Part shown: positions 1-10,074 of the stretch, piece after piece | Layout of the letters: every line of letters begins with the position of its first letter | How positions within the stretch are numbered: the stretch's first letter is position 1 | Source: an uncultured Pseudomonadota bacterium | GTDB taxonomy: Bacteria > Babelota > Babeliae > Babelales > JAUPTZ01 | Length of the DNA stretch: 64,000 nt | NCBI GenBank assembly: GCA_964429275.1 | Contig: CAYSBJ010000002.1 | Span: forward strand, 62,001-126,000 | Reading direction: 5' to 3' | Notes under the pieces: generated by a model | What the model was told of the DNA's origin: nothing | Databases searched by the model: none | Seen by the model: the letters and a program-made list of their open reading frames with translations, nothing else | Translations under genes and position numbers: made by a program

Positions 1-590
1 AGAATGCCCATATCCGACTCACCATGTAATACTTCAAAGCAAAGGTCGCTAATGTCTGGTAAGGTTTTGACGGTGATGCCCGGATAGTTGCCAAGAATGT
101 CTTCAAATACTGAGCCCGCTTGCGTGCAGACCAGCAGTCGTTGTGCTGCAATATCAGCCAGTGTGAGGTCGCGGTGGAATGCTTTGCCTGCTGGATAGAA
201 GCAGCTTAGTGTATTTACTTGCTCGCCGTAGTGTGGAACCAATAGGCCGGTTTTCTTGCGGCTATTGGTTATGGAAAGTCCACCAATGATCATATCAAGG
301 GATCCATTAGCAAGTGCCAGCAAAAGTGCATCAAAGGCCATATCTTTTATGATGAGGGGGCGATGCAATTTCTGTGCAATTGCTGCTGCGACGTCGGCAT
401 CAAACCCAATGACGTTGCCGGTTTCGTCTGCAACTACAAAAGGAGGGTACCCGACGTTCGTGCCAACGAAAAGAGGGGAAACTGCTTTTGGTACGCTGTT
501 TTCTTGCGCGCAGCGTGTTGCAGTAGCAAGCCAATAGCCAGCAGCAAGAAGCAGGATTGTGCCAAGGACGATGGTAATTTTTTTATTCAT
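1..590 (-). CDS. Polar amino acid ABC transporter substrate-binding protein (SBP_bac_3 type), runs off the window start
   Basis: Manual translation from ATG at 590: MNKKITIVLGTILLLAAGYWLA...VGTNVGYPPFVVADETGNVIGFDADVAAAIAQKL...MAFDALLLALANGSLDMIIGGLSITNSR. These are typical family-3 SBP motifs with an N-terminal anchor. Confidence 0.88.
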   Translation of the reverse strand, partial: MNKKITIVLGTILLLAAGYWLATATRCAQENSVPKAVSPLFVGTNVGYPPFVVADETGNVIGFDADVAAAIAQKLHRPLIIKDMAFDALLLALANGSLDMIIGGLSITNSRKKTGLLVPHYGEQVNTLSCFYPAGKAFHRDLTLADIAAQRLLVCTQAGSVFEDILGNYPGITVKTLPDISDLCFEVLHGESDMGI

Positions 591-630
591 GAAAATTCCT
601 TACAGATAACGCGAGAGGCGCATTCTAGCA

Positions 631-2076
631 TTATAACTTTGTTGTTTCAAACGGCTCAGTAACTACCGTTTTCTTCAAAAAGGCGAGCGCTGCCTCATGG
701 GTCGCGACTTTTTTAGGAGTGCCCTTTCGCGCAAGCTGCCACACATTGGTCATGGTGAGTGCTGTTTGCACAACATAGTCATTGGCCAGCGTGCGCAGAA
801 ATTCCTCTTCAAGAGAGACCGGTTTTTTTTCTGGGGCCGGTTGCACCGTGGGTTGAGCCTGCTTTGCATGTGGTGGTGTGGAAGAAGCTGCCTCTTCGCG
901 AGTGATATGATTGGTGAGAGCTATTTCTTTTCCATACATTTCTTCTACCCATTTTAGTTCGTGGCTTGGGACCGACTTTGGTTTTACCACGATATCAGGG
1001 GTTACCCCGAGGGCCTGAATGCATTGATCGTTGGGGAGGTAGTACAAGAGAACGGTGAGTTTAATGGCGCATCCGTTATGAAGTGGCAGCACCTCTTGAA
1101 CTGATCCTTTTCCATATGTTGGTGTGCCCAGCACAAAAATAGGCAAGTTGGTTAAGCGAGCGTGGTGTTGCAAACAGCCGGTGATAAGCTCTGCCGCTGA
1201 GGCAGAAAAATTATCGGTGAGGACAAAAAGTGGCATTTTACCACTGTAAATTGGTACTCCACTGGTTGCATAGCTATTAACCAATTCCTTTCTGTTGTTT
1301 TTGGTGCTAGCGACCGCTGACTTATCCGGCAGCAGAAGGCTTGCCGTTCTTACGGCTGATTCTACAACACCGCCAGGATTTTTGCGCATATCAAGGATAA
1401 TGCCTTTGCTTTTTTTTTCTTGTGCGGTGGTGAGGAATGATTCTATATGCTTTGGCGTTTTGTCGGAGAATGATTTTATAGCAATGTACGTTACCTTGTG
1501 CTCCGGGAGATAGTACGCATATGCGCTGCGATCAGGGATAAGCTTCCGGCTGAGCTTAAATTTGAGTGGCTTTTTATCTCGCACAACGGTTAGGCGTACT
1601 TCGGTATCAATAGGCCCACGTAGCTTATTCACTACTTCATCGGATGCAAGGCCGCGGAGGCGTTGTCCGTCAATTTTTACGATACTATCGCCACTTTTTA
1701 TGCCGCCCAGATCGGCTGGGCCACCGCGGATCGTATCGACAACAAGAAGTGAATCAGCATCAGTTTCCTTGCTGATGATGCTGACCCCAATGCCAGGAAA
1801 TTGTCCGGAGGCAAGCTCAAGTGTAGCTTGATAACTGCGGGGACTGAAAAAAGAAGAATGGGCATCAACTTTGCTCACCATCGCACGGAGGCCTTCTTCG
1901 ATGATGGTGGCGAGCGGAATGGTGCGGTATGCCTTTGTTTCAATCTTATGAATAGTTTCTGCCATTCCCCAGAAATGACTAAAAAGGTCGCCATGGGGCG
2001 CTTTCGCAGGAGTGGCTATGCACGCGCTAGCGAAACAGGCCTGTGTAAGTACGAGGAGTAGTATTTTTTTTGTCAC
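631..2076 (-). CDS. S41A C-terminal processing peptidase (CtpA/Prc-like) with PDZ domain
   Basis: Signal peptide, DAHS, GIGV PDZ motif, ILDMRKNPGG, SASAAE (catalytic Ser), TYGKGSVQ (catalytic Lys), GVTPDI. Confidence 0.93.
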   Translation of the reverse strand: MTKKILLLVLTQACFASACIATPAKAPHGDLFSHFWGMAETIHKIETKAYRTIPLATIIEEGLRAMVSKVDAHSSFFSPRSYQATLELASGQFPGIGVSIISKETDADSLLVVDTIRGGPADLGGIKSGDSIVKIDGQRLRGLASDEVVNKLRGPIDTEVRLTVVRDKKPLKFKLSRKLIPDRSAYAYYLPEHKVTYIAIKSFSDKTPKHIESFLTTAQEKKSKGIILDMRKNPGGVVESAVRTASLLLPDKSAVASTKNNRKELVNSYATSGVPIYSGKMPLFVLTDNFSASAAELITGCLQHHARLTNLPIFVLGTPTYGKGSVQEVLPLHNGCAIKLTVLLYYLPNDQCIQALGVTPDIVVKPKSVPSHELKWVEEMYGKEIALTNHITREEAASSTPPHAKQAQPTVQPAPEKKPVSLEEEFLRTLANDYVVQTALTMTNVWQLARKGTPKKVATHEAALAFLKKTVVTEPFETTKL

Positions 2077-2096
2077 GATAATCCTTATATATCTAC

Positions 2097-3773
2097 CTAC
2101 GCCACCTGGGACGTGACTGGTTTTGCTGGTTCCGAGGCCTCTGTAGTGTTGCCTGTCGGTTGCGGAAAGAGCGTGTTTGGGTCTTGAATATCACCAAATA
2201 GATCGCTTGTGTATGTTTCTGGTGAGAATTCTTTTTGCTGCGCATATGCCGCAAGCATGGCGATTATGAGCATAGTCCGGCGAAGCTTTGCTAATTCTGG
2301 CACACCGTTCGGATGCGCGTCGCTGGTAAAAGAGAGGATATCGGGTGTTTTGTCTTTGATCCGGTCAATTATTTTTTGATGAGCGTCGGTCACTCCTTTA
2401 TATGTTTTTGTCGTGAGATCGATTAACTGTGCTAGGTTATTCGGGTTGGCCTGTAGTATGTTTTGAATGGAGTCGAGGTTGATGGTGTTTACCGTTACGT
2501 CTTTCATAATAGGTTCTGTTGCAAGATCGGGATAATATATAGTAGCGGGCATAAGGCACTCGTTTGTGAGCTTATCATTAAAATCAAGAAACTTTACGCG
2601 TGCGTCGATGACATCGGCGCCCAAGAGCCGGATTTCGTGTAGATGATCAATGATTTGTTGCAGCCAGTAGCCAAGATAACCAGGAAACGCATAGCGATGT
2701 GGCTTGTTGGTGGTCTCCATGGTAGTGATATCAGGCGGAATCATAGTAGGATCAAAGTACACATCTGGTTTGCCAATAACAGCTGTTTTTGGCACGGCGC
2801 GATCGCGGATTTTTTGAGCAGCAGTCAGCAGCTCTTCTCGATAGTTTGCCATCGCTTCTTGAAGCTCTTTGGCAGGAATGCCTAGTATCTTGTCCGCTGT
2901 TGTTTTGAGCGGTGTGAGGAATGGGTTATGCGCGTCATCGATCGGGTTGTTATAGCGTGCGGCAATAAAACTACGTAAGGTATCTCCCAGTGTTGCGTTG
3001 TCATCAAATTTTTTGCCGGACACCTCTTTTGCAAGGATTTCTTCGACCGCATCTGCCATATCTTTCAAATCATTTTTATCATCGCTCAGCGCATCCTGCG
3101 TGATGCCACCGATATCGGTTAAATAATTGGTGAAACCCTCACGCACTTGGCTAACTTGTGTTTCTAGGTTTGTAACAAGAGCGTCGCTGGCGGCGACTTG
3201 TTTTACAATTTCTGGTGACGCTGCGCCGACGCGCATGTTATTTAAATACTTGCCACGGTAATCATTGATCATGTCAGTAAGTTCTGAAATGCGACGGACT
3301 TCGCTGAACTTCTTTGTGATAGCAGTGGCTGCTGATTGGTGTATATCCAGAATCTCGGTGAGCTCGTTATACTTTTTCATTACTTCACCGAGCGGTGGAA
3401 GAATAGTGCGGTTTTCTGGAAGACGGTAGCCGGCGGGCGCTTTGATCATGCCGGGTGCTGTTGGCGCATTCATGTATTCTGCATAATTAGTTTCTCGCTT
3501 GAGATTTGCTTCATAACGTTGCACGAGATCTTTGTACCCGGTTAAAATGTTTTCTTGTATAAGCCAGCGCTTGAACTTGTCTATTGTGCTGTCAATTGAT
3601 TGAGCTCCTTTTTGCTGTTCTTTGAAGGCTTCTTTGGTGCTGTTCATTTGCATACTCATAGACAGGGCGCCACCCAGGCCGGTTGGCTGCTGCATGCCAT
3701 AGGGATTCATCATCATAGCGGTAAGGCTATGGATGGAGAGGAGGAAGAAGGAAAGGAGGTTGTAGAGGTGCAT
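2097..3773 (-). CDS. Secreted helical hypothetical protein (paralog family, member C)
   Basis: 558-aa ORF with signal-peptide-like N-terminus; shares motifs with the 3788-5890 and 6625-9909 proteins. Confidence 0.8.
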   Translation of the reverse strand: MHLYNLLSFFLLSIHSLTAMMMNPYGMQQPTGLGGALSMSMQMNSTKEAFKEQQKGAQSIDSTIDKFKRWLIQENILTGYKDLVQRYEANLKRETNYAEYMNAPTAPGMIKAPAGYRLPENRTILPPLGEVMKKYNELTEILDIHQSAATAITKKFSEVRRISELTDMINDYRGKYLNNMRVGAASPEIVKQVAASDALVTNLETQVSQVREGFTNYLTDIGGITQDALSDDKNDLKDMADAVEEILAKEVSGKKFDDNATLGDTLRSFIAARYNNPIDDAHNPFLTPLKTTADKILGIPAKELQEAMANYREELLTAAQKIRDRAVPKTAVIGKPDVYFDPTMIPPDITTMETTNKPHRYAFPGYLGYWLQQIIDHLHEIRLLGADVIDARVKFLDFNDKLTNECLMPATIYYPDLATEPIMKDVTVNTINLDSIQNILQANPNNLAQLIDLTTKTYKGVTDAHQKIIDRIKDKTPDILSFTSDAHPNGVPELAKLRRTMLIIAMLAAYAQQKEFSPETYTSDLFGDIQDPNTLFPQPTGNTTEASEPAKPVTSQVA

Positions 3774-3787
3774 AAGGCTCCTTGGAG

Positions 3788-5890
3788 TTATTGTGAATCG
3801 GTAGGGAAAATTTTTGTGAAAGCGTCAGCAGCCGGCTTGAGTTCAGGATCTGTGGCTGTGAAATCTGCACCTGTTATGGCATAGCTTCCATCATCGCTCT
3901 TGGTTGCGATTATCGAGAGAAAATTTGAATTGTCTTTGGTCAATATAAGAGGAGGGGCAGGTAGGGCAGCAAGTGTAGTTTTTACCCATATTTCTTTAAT
4001 ATCATCTATTGATACACCGTTAGCGTCGGTTACCGTGATAGTCACTTGCGTGCTATTGAGCCTTGCTGAATATTTTTTTGCTTCGGTGGGTTGTACAGGT
4101 GCCTCAGGTGCTGCTCCGGTGCTACCTGTAGTGGCAGGCTTAACGGCATCTGGCCCAGCTGTATCTCCGGTGGCACCTGTAGCGGCAGCTGTCGCTGGTT
4201 CTACCGTTGGCGCTGCTTCTGGATTATCGTTTGTCCCGACAACTGCAGCGGCTACAGCCGCTGGTGATGTTGCGTCATCTGCTCCCGGGGCCCACTTTGT
4301 TGCGACAGGGTTTGCATCTTTGCCTGTAGGATCGGTGTATGCAAACTTTTTAAGAACCATGTCGTGGTAATCAAACGCTTCTTGTGTAGTAAAAGCGGTG
4401 ACAAGTAAATAATAAAATCCGAGCTGATTTACCAGAAATCCAATCTCATTAGTCTGGGCGATTTCTGGAATTTGTTGTATGCAGGTACTCAGCGATGCCT
4501 GAGGGCTTGGAATGCTTGGTGTTTTTGCGTTTTGCAGTTGAGTGTCCGTTTCAAATTTTTGCGCAGTGCCAGCAACAATGTCGATTTCTGAGCTGCCAAA
4601 GCGCGGCGTCCAGAGGCGGAGACCGGCTTTTGGAAAGGCGTAGTTGTCGCTGTAGGTTTGAAAAAATGTTGCATCTTGTTTGGCATAGACTGCTATCTTG
4701 CGCAGCTCCTGACATATGTCAGCCCGTGAAAGGGCGGTAGCATCACAATCGCCTCCTGATAGCAGTGGCGTAAACATTTTCATGACGGCCATTGTTGTGG
4801 CTTCGTCACCTGAGGCTGAATCAAAACTCATCCGTCCATGGCAATTTTGGAGCATTTGGACCAGGATTTTTGTAGCTGCAATGCACTGATTCCTGATGTC
4901 GACGGCAATAACGCGGGCCTGGGTCACGAGCACGCCAGATGCAAGAATTGTTTCTTGAATGTCGGCAATTTTGTTATTTAAAAATATGCTGCCGTTGAGC
5001 TGTGTTGCTAGGATAGTGGATGCATTGATAAGCTGATTAAACATCCCGTTTGTGGCCGTAGATAATTTGGTTCCCAAGGCGTTAATTTCATCTGGCTTTA
5101 GTTTCCAAAAGGCGGCGTACTTTTTTACTTCAGCATCAAAATCTACGGTGATGGGGTTGTAGCTTCCCGTGAGCGTGAGATCAAGTTGTGGCGCAAGCAA
5201 AGATGTGTAAAAGGGGTTTTTATGTGCGGCGTTCTCAAGGGCTTGCTCGAAATTGTTAGCTCCATTCATCAGCGCATTCATTTGCTCTGGAGTTGGCAAG
5301 CTTTTGGTTGATGTTATTTTAATCTCATAAAAATAGTCGGACAGGGTAGTTTGTTGCCTTTTTATGACTCCTATTGCCTTATCAACAACTTCTAGCTTCT
5401 TGTTTCGTTCTGATTCGTCATCATCATATTTCTTTTCTATTTTCTTCTTAATATTTGCAAGTGTTTCGTCCCCAATTTCGGCAAGAACTTTCAGTGTTTG
5501 AAGGCATGTTTGCAATAGCTCCGGGATGTTTGGATAGCGGTACCGTTCGGCCATTAAGCGGTAATTTTTAAAAGTGTCGCACCCCGCTGGTGGTACTTGT
5601 TTGGCGCGGGCTTTGTAAGTCTTATCACGCTCGGTATTTGTTTTTTTTATTTGTTCGAGTATGGCTTCCAGGTCAGTAGAGTAGAGGCCATAGCTGGCCA
5701 GATGTTTTGCGGCAAAAGAGCTAAAGATATCATCTGAGTCTTCATCAGAATGGGTGGCGGCCTTTGCAGCAAGTATTTTATTCATGGCTCTCGTGGCACT
5801 GAAATCGGCAATGCTTTGCATGACGCCAGAACCATAGAGGGACAGCGTGGTGCAGGAGAAGATGCTTATAATGCACAGAAGCTTTTTCAT
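3788..5890 (-). CDS. Secreted helical hypothetical protein with Ala/Thr/Pro linker and one C-terminal beta module (member B)
   Basis: 700-aa ORF, MKKLLCIISIFSCTTLSLYG signal peptide, low-complexity linker. Confidence 0.8.
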   Translation of the reverse strand: MKKLLCIISIFSCTTLSLYGSGVMQSIADFSATRAMNKILAAKAATHSDEDSDDIFSSFAAKHLASYGLYSTDLEAILEQIKKTNTERDKTYKARAKQVPPAGCDTFKNYRLMAERYRYPNIPELLQTCLQTLKVLAEIGDETLANIKKKIEKKYDDDESERNKKLEVVDKAIGVIKRQQTTLSDYFYEIKITSTKSLPTPEQMNALMNGANNFEQALENAAHKNPFYTSLLAPQLDLTLTGSYNPITVDFDAEVKKYAAFWKLKPDEINALGTKLSTATNGMFNQLINASTILATQLNGSIFLNNKIADIQETILASGVLVTQARVIAVDIRNQCIAATKILVQMLQNCHGRMSFDSASGDEATTMAVMKMFTPLLSGGDCDATALSRADICQELRKIAVYAKQDATFFQTYSDNYAFPKAGLRLWTPRFGSSEIDIVAGTAQKFETDTQLQNAKTPSIPSPQASLSTCIQQIPEIAQTNEIGFLVNQLGFYYLLVTAFTTQEAFDYHDMVLKKFAYTDPTGKDANPVATKWAPGADDATSPAAVAAAVVGTNDNPEAAPTVEPATAAATGATGDTAGPDAVKPATTGSTGAAPEAPVQPTEAKKYSARLNSTQVTITVTDANGVSIDDIKEIWVKTTLAALPAPPLILTKDNSNFLSIIATKSDDGSYAITGADFTATDPELKPAADAFTKIFPTDSQ

Positions 5891-6029
5891 ACCGAATGTG
5901 TTGCCCTGGTAAAAATACTTTTTTTGGTAGTCTACTGGTGGCAGCGTGGTGGCACAATGGTTTGGGTAAATACATGTTTTTTTAGGGTGACTTCCATAAC
6001 TACGGTCCTTGTGGAACGATAGGTGCGCT

Positions 6030-6659
6030 TCAGTCAGATGGCAGAGGTGCCGTGGCCTGAGGAGCAGCGCTGATCTGGGATGATTGGGTTGCTGCAGTAG
6101 GTACTGAAGCGTCTACTGAAAAGCGATCAATGACTGCCGTGACAGGGACTTGAGGGGCGACGTTGCTGGATGGTGATATAGGAGCATCCACCCTCTCGAT
6201 GTTAGCAACAATCTGTCGTAGAGCAAAAATTGGCGGTAAAGCAAAGTTAGGCGCGGTATAGAGGGGGCGCTTATTGTTGATTACATTTGGATCCTCCGGA
6301 GTAGTGTTTATCTTTACCGATTTTGTTGCATTTGGGTTATTATTTGGTGACTGCTCTTGACATCCATATACAGAATAACCGGAGTTAGGGGATGTTTTTT
6401 CCATTACAACGAGTAAGTAAGGAGTAGCGGTACTGTCTCCACGATAAATTTGTTTTATCTTGGTCTGTGGTACGATTGAGAATACTTGGTAAACATACAA
6501 TACTTCTGGATTTTTAGCTGGCTCTGACAACACGTAAATACCCTTTGCAGGAGCAGATACCGTTGCTAAGCTGCTCTGGCTTGGTGCGGCGGAACGTGTG
6601 ATCCTCGTGTGTGCTGTTGGTCGGCTAGGTGTTTGTGCTACTACTGGGGGTAGCGGCAT
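6030..6659 (-). CDS. Hypothetical protein; probably the frameshifted C-terminal part of the upstream large secreted protein
   Basis: No signal peptide; overlaps the upstream ORF by 35 nt in the +1 frame; starts with a Pro/Ser/Thr linker followed by a module resembling those of the upstream protein. Confidence 0.6.
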   Translation of the reverse strand: MPLPPVVAQTPSRPTAHTRITRSAAPSQSSLATVSAPAKGIYVLSEPAKNPEVLYVYQVFSIVPQTKIKQIYRGDSTATPYLLVVMEKTSPNSGYSVYGCQEQSPNNNPNATKSVKINTTPEDPNVINNKRPLYTAPNFALPPIFALRQIVANIERVDAPISPSSNVAPQVPVTAVIDRFSVDASVPTAATQSSQISAAPQATAPLPSD

Positions 6660-9600
6660 CGGTGTTGTCAGCGTTAGAAGTGGTTGATCTTATCGGCCAG
6701 AGCGGGGTACTGCTGACAATGTTACTGTTGGTTATCGGTGTGGTAGTATCAACAGTCACTGTAGTATATTCCCTATTGGGGGTGACACTGGTACTTTTGT
6801 ATAAGACAGTATTGTTGTCGTTAGGGCCATTTTCCCCTTTTCTTATATAATAAACCTCATCGCCACTAGTGCCAGCATAAATCTCCTGAACATCATCTAT
6901 AGCTCTCCCGTTGCTCGTTAGGTAGATTTTTTCCTGGTTCGATAGGGTATAGAGTTGATTGTTGTCAATTCCGCTGGTTGAAGAGGGGGCATTTGACATA
7001 GGGGCGGGGGGAGTCACCGGAGATGCGGCTGCGGCCGGAGCTGCTGCTGTTGCGGGGGCTCTATAAATCGCTTGTGTAAATTTCTTTGTATCCCCAGGCT
7101 TTGCTGGTTGTGCATCAAGAATGACGGTGATGGCACCATTCTCATCCGGCGGGAATGGCTGGTTGTTTGCATCGAGAAGGGCGTTGCCAAAGAAAGTCTT
7201 TCCGTTTTGGCGGGTTACGAGGTAGCGGAGTTTTGTAGTGGCGTCAGGGTTTACACGAATTAATTGCACGTCAGCTGTCGGTGTATTGTCGTTGTCAACG
7301 ATAGTGAGCTTCTTGGCGCTGCTGACCTCGCTAAAGGTTACTACATTCTCTGTTATGGTATAAACGTTAGTCGCTGCGCCTTCTTGCGCTGCAGAGGTTC
7401 CCGTTGCGGCTTTTTCGGAAGTGACCTTCGTTTGGCGCAATGTGCCGATGATAGTGTCGGCAGGATCTGAGATCTGGCGATAATCAGCAACAGTATCAAC
7501 ATCTACTTTTTGTAGCTGCTTAAGGCTGCGAGTGAACAGCTGGATTTTTACAGCACTTGATTTGAAAATGGCTCTTGCTTCATCGTCCGTTAGTGCAAAA
7601 GATGGGCTGCCCTGGGGGGCGATCAGCAGTTCCGTAGGGTTTGTGGTTAATTCCTTTAATCTTGTTTTGAGCGTGGACAAGTCATCATTGCTGGCCGTGA
7701 TGGCTGTTCTGACTGCTGCGGAGAGCTGAGCAAGAATGGCTGCAGCGGCTGCATCCAAGAGTTTTTTTAGTTTATCTGTGCCGTTTGGTCTGGTATTTCG
7801 TGCTGATTCATATGCATTTATTTTTTCGATGGCCGCTGCGAGCGAATTCAAACTCTTTATTGCAGCTTTTTCAGGTTTATCGTGGGTAGCTGCGTCATTC
7901 AGTTTTGCCGTAGTGTGCATTTGTGCATGGCTGGTGGCTAGCGGCTCAAGATTTCTAAAGAGGTATGGTAGCGCATTATTCAGGTCCCCGCTGCGCATTT
8001 TTTTATGAGCCTCTTTGTCATATAGTTGCTTTTGCCCGGTAACTTTAATGAGTGCGATAAGGTTATATACTGCGATTTCAGTTACTTTGAGCTCAAGATA
8101 CGCTCGTGTGTCTTCGGGATGTACAAACTGCGTTTCGGGATTAATATCTTTCTTTCGTATCGCAATGATGGCATTTTCTGCAATAAACGAGGCGTGTCGT
8201 GCATGAAGATGTGCAAGTTTGATTGTGGCTTGTAGGCGAAGGGAGGTCAGTGTTTTTTTCTTCTCTGGTGAGAGTTTTCCCACGGCCTCGATGACTTGTT
8301 CTTGAAGCTTTTTTGCTTGTTGGCCATACTTGCTTAGTCCGGCATCCCCACTGCTGCCGCTCTCTGTATCTGCTTGAATGCCAGTTGTGTCCCAGGTGCG
8401 GTAAAAAGATGATTCGGCAAGCTTTCGTAGCATGCTAGTAGTGGTTGCTTGCGTGTCCGTTGTGCTGTCCCCAGTTCCAGCATTATCGCTTGGCGTGGAT
8501 TGTCTTGCGTTGCATAGAGACCCGAGAGTTTCTTTATACGTTGCGAATGAGATATTGAGACCAGATACCCCGAGTAGGCTTAGTATTCCGTTAGTCTGTG
8601 AAGCCACTTCTTTAAGTATAGTATTGAGCAACAACCAGCGGGTTCCGATGATGCTAAAGCCTCCAAGAAAGAGCTTGTCATGGTAGGCGGCAAGTACAGC
8701 AAAGAGATTTGTCGGCCATCCTTCGAGTTTGTCTATCTTTTGTTGGGGCTTGCTTGGGTTTTGTTCTTCTGCACATGGGAAGAGGTTTTTAGTTTTAGTG
8801 AATTCCTTGATGCTTTCTGCGCATTGCACAAGGTAAGCGCTTACATTTTTATAGGTACCGAGCACGTCTTTGAGAGGGATGCTATAATAAGTTGCTGTAT
8901 TAAATAGATCGACCTCAAAAGGATCTTGATATTTTTGGGATTGAGTGCTTTCTTCGGTGGTTTGGGTTTCCCCGCACAGAAGTTTTAATTTCGTAAGCCA
9001 TCTTTTAAATTCTGCGTATGCATCATTCAGCGCCTCCTGACTGAGCGGTTGAAGATCGTGTTCTTTCAGCCTTTTTGCACTGCCTTTGGATATGTCTGCA
9101 ACTAATTCATACATAGTTTTGAGGGCGCCCTTGTCATCATTGTTAACTTCTTTGGTCTGTTCGGATTCTTTTTTAGAGCTTGAAGTTTCGGTGGTTGGCC
9201 TGCGACGCTGGAGCTTGTAATAGGTATATGCGATTTGTACGTTGTATTGAAATGCATTGCTGAGGCGGGTGTGGAGCGTTTGTTTTGTGCTTGCAATGTC
9301 GGCAAGAGTATGGTCTGACTCACTTCGTATGCCATCAAACGAACTGTATTTTTTTTGGGCTTCCGCAATGTCTTCTTCTAGTTTGGCCATGCGCGTTTTA
9401 AACCTCAGACGTTTATATTTTTTCAAGTTATCTTGCTGCTTCTCAATGATGTTGAGTAAAGCCCGGAGGTCGAAAGGTTTTTCTACTTCATTAGTTCCTT
9501 GCTCTGTTGTTTCGCGGCGTTCATGTGCAAAAAACTGGGTAGCTGATTCGGGATAGCGCGGAGTTGCGTTGGGGGAGGAAGTAACTTCCTCAGGAGTATC

Positions 9601-9909
9601 AGTGGCATCAGTAGCGCTTGCACTAGCAGCCGTCGTGCCTCTTTGATCTTTCTTTTTTCGCTCTTGATACTGCTTATCTGCTTTCTGATTGTGTGCTATG
9701 GTATCTGACGTATTTCCGCCTATCAAGCTATCTTGTATAAAAATACCGGTGAGTTTTTCGAGTTTTTTGTCGAGGTCGTCAAACTCCTCTTTGGCGTCTT
9801 TTGCGGTAACCTTGCCGCCCAGCCATGTAGGGCGCGAAAAGGGGTTGGCATGATAAAAAGGGGAGAGGAGAGAGATCAGTGACAGTAAAAAAATGTGGCA
9901 TTTCTTCAT
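6625..9909 (-). CDS. Large secreted hypothetical protein with coiled-coil/helical core and repeated C-terminal beta modules (member A)
   Basis: About 1094 aa from MKKCHIFLLSLISLLSPFYHA (signal peptide). Confidence 0.8.
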   Translation of the reverse strand: MKKCHIFLLSLISLLSPFYHANPFSRPTWLGGKVTAKDAKEEFDDLDKKLEKLTGIFIQDSLIGGNTSDTIAHNQKADKQYQERKKKDQRGTTAASASATDATDTPEEVTSSPNATPRYPESATQFFAHERRETTEQGTNEVEKPFDLRALLNIIEKQQDNLKKYKRLRFKTRMAKLEEDIAEAQKKYSSFDGIRSESDHTLADIASTKQTLHTRLSNAFQYNVQIAYTYYKLQRRRPTTETSSSKKESEQTKEVNNDDKGALKTMYELVADISKGSAKRLKEHDLQPLSQEALNDAYAEFKRWLTKLKLLCGETQTTEESTQSQKYQDPFEVDLFNTATYYSIPLKDVLGTYKNVSAYLVQCAESIKEFTKTKNLFPCAEEQNPSKPQQKIDKLEGWPTNLFAVLAAYHDKLFLGGFSIIGTRWLLLNTILKEVASQTNGILSLLGVSGLNISFATYKETLGSLCNARQSTPSDNAGTGDSTTDTQATTTSMLRKLAESSFYRTWDTTGIQADTESGSSGDAGLSKYGQQAKKLQEQVIEAVGKLSPEKKKTLTSLRLQATIKLAHLHARHASFIAENAIIAIRKKDINPETQFVHPEDTRAYLELKVTEIAVYNLIALIKVTGQKQLYDKEAHKKMRSGDLNNALPYLFRNLEPLATSHAQMHTTAKLNDAATHDKPEKAAIKSLNSLAAAIEKINAYESARNTRPNGTDKLKKLLDAAAAAILAQLSAAVRTAITASNDDLSTLKTRLKELTTNPTELLIAPQGSPSFALTDDEARAIFKSSAVKIQLFTRSLKQLQKVDVDTVADYRQISDPADTIIGTLRQTKVTSEKAATGTSAAQEGAATNVYTITENVVTFSEVSSAKKLTIVDNDNTPTADVQLIRVNPDATTKLRYLVTRQNGKTFFGNALLDANNQPFPPDENGAITVILDAQPAKPGDTKKFTQAIYRAPATAAAPAAAASPVTPPAPMSNAPSSTSGIDNNQLYTLSNQEKIYLTSNGRAIDDVQEIYAGTSGDEVYYIRKGENGPNDNNTVLYKSTSVTPNREYTTVTVDTTTPITNSNIVSSTPLWPIRSTTSNADNTDAATPSSSTNT

Positions 9910-10074
9910 ACGAACGCTCCGATACATAATTTTTATATGAGGGCTTCAGTATAAAAGGGTAAGCTTCATGCGGGGCAATGGTTTTTAAAAACTGGTGATG
10001 ATGTGCCGTAAAATAGGCCTCTGTTGAGGGGTTCTTTTAGTATCATGCAACATGGACAGGGATAGCTGGGGTTT

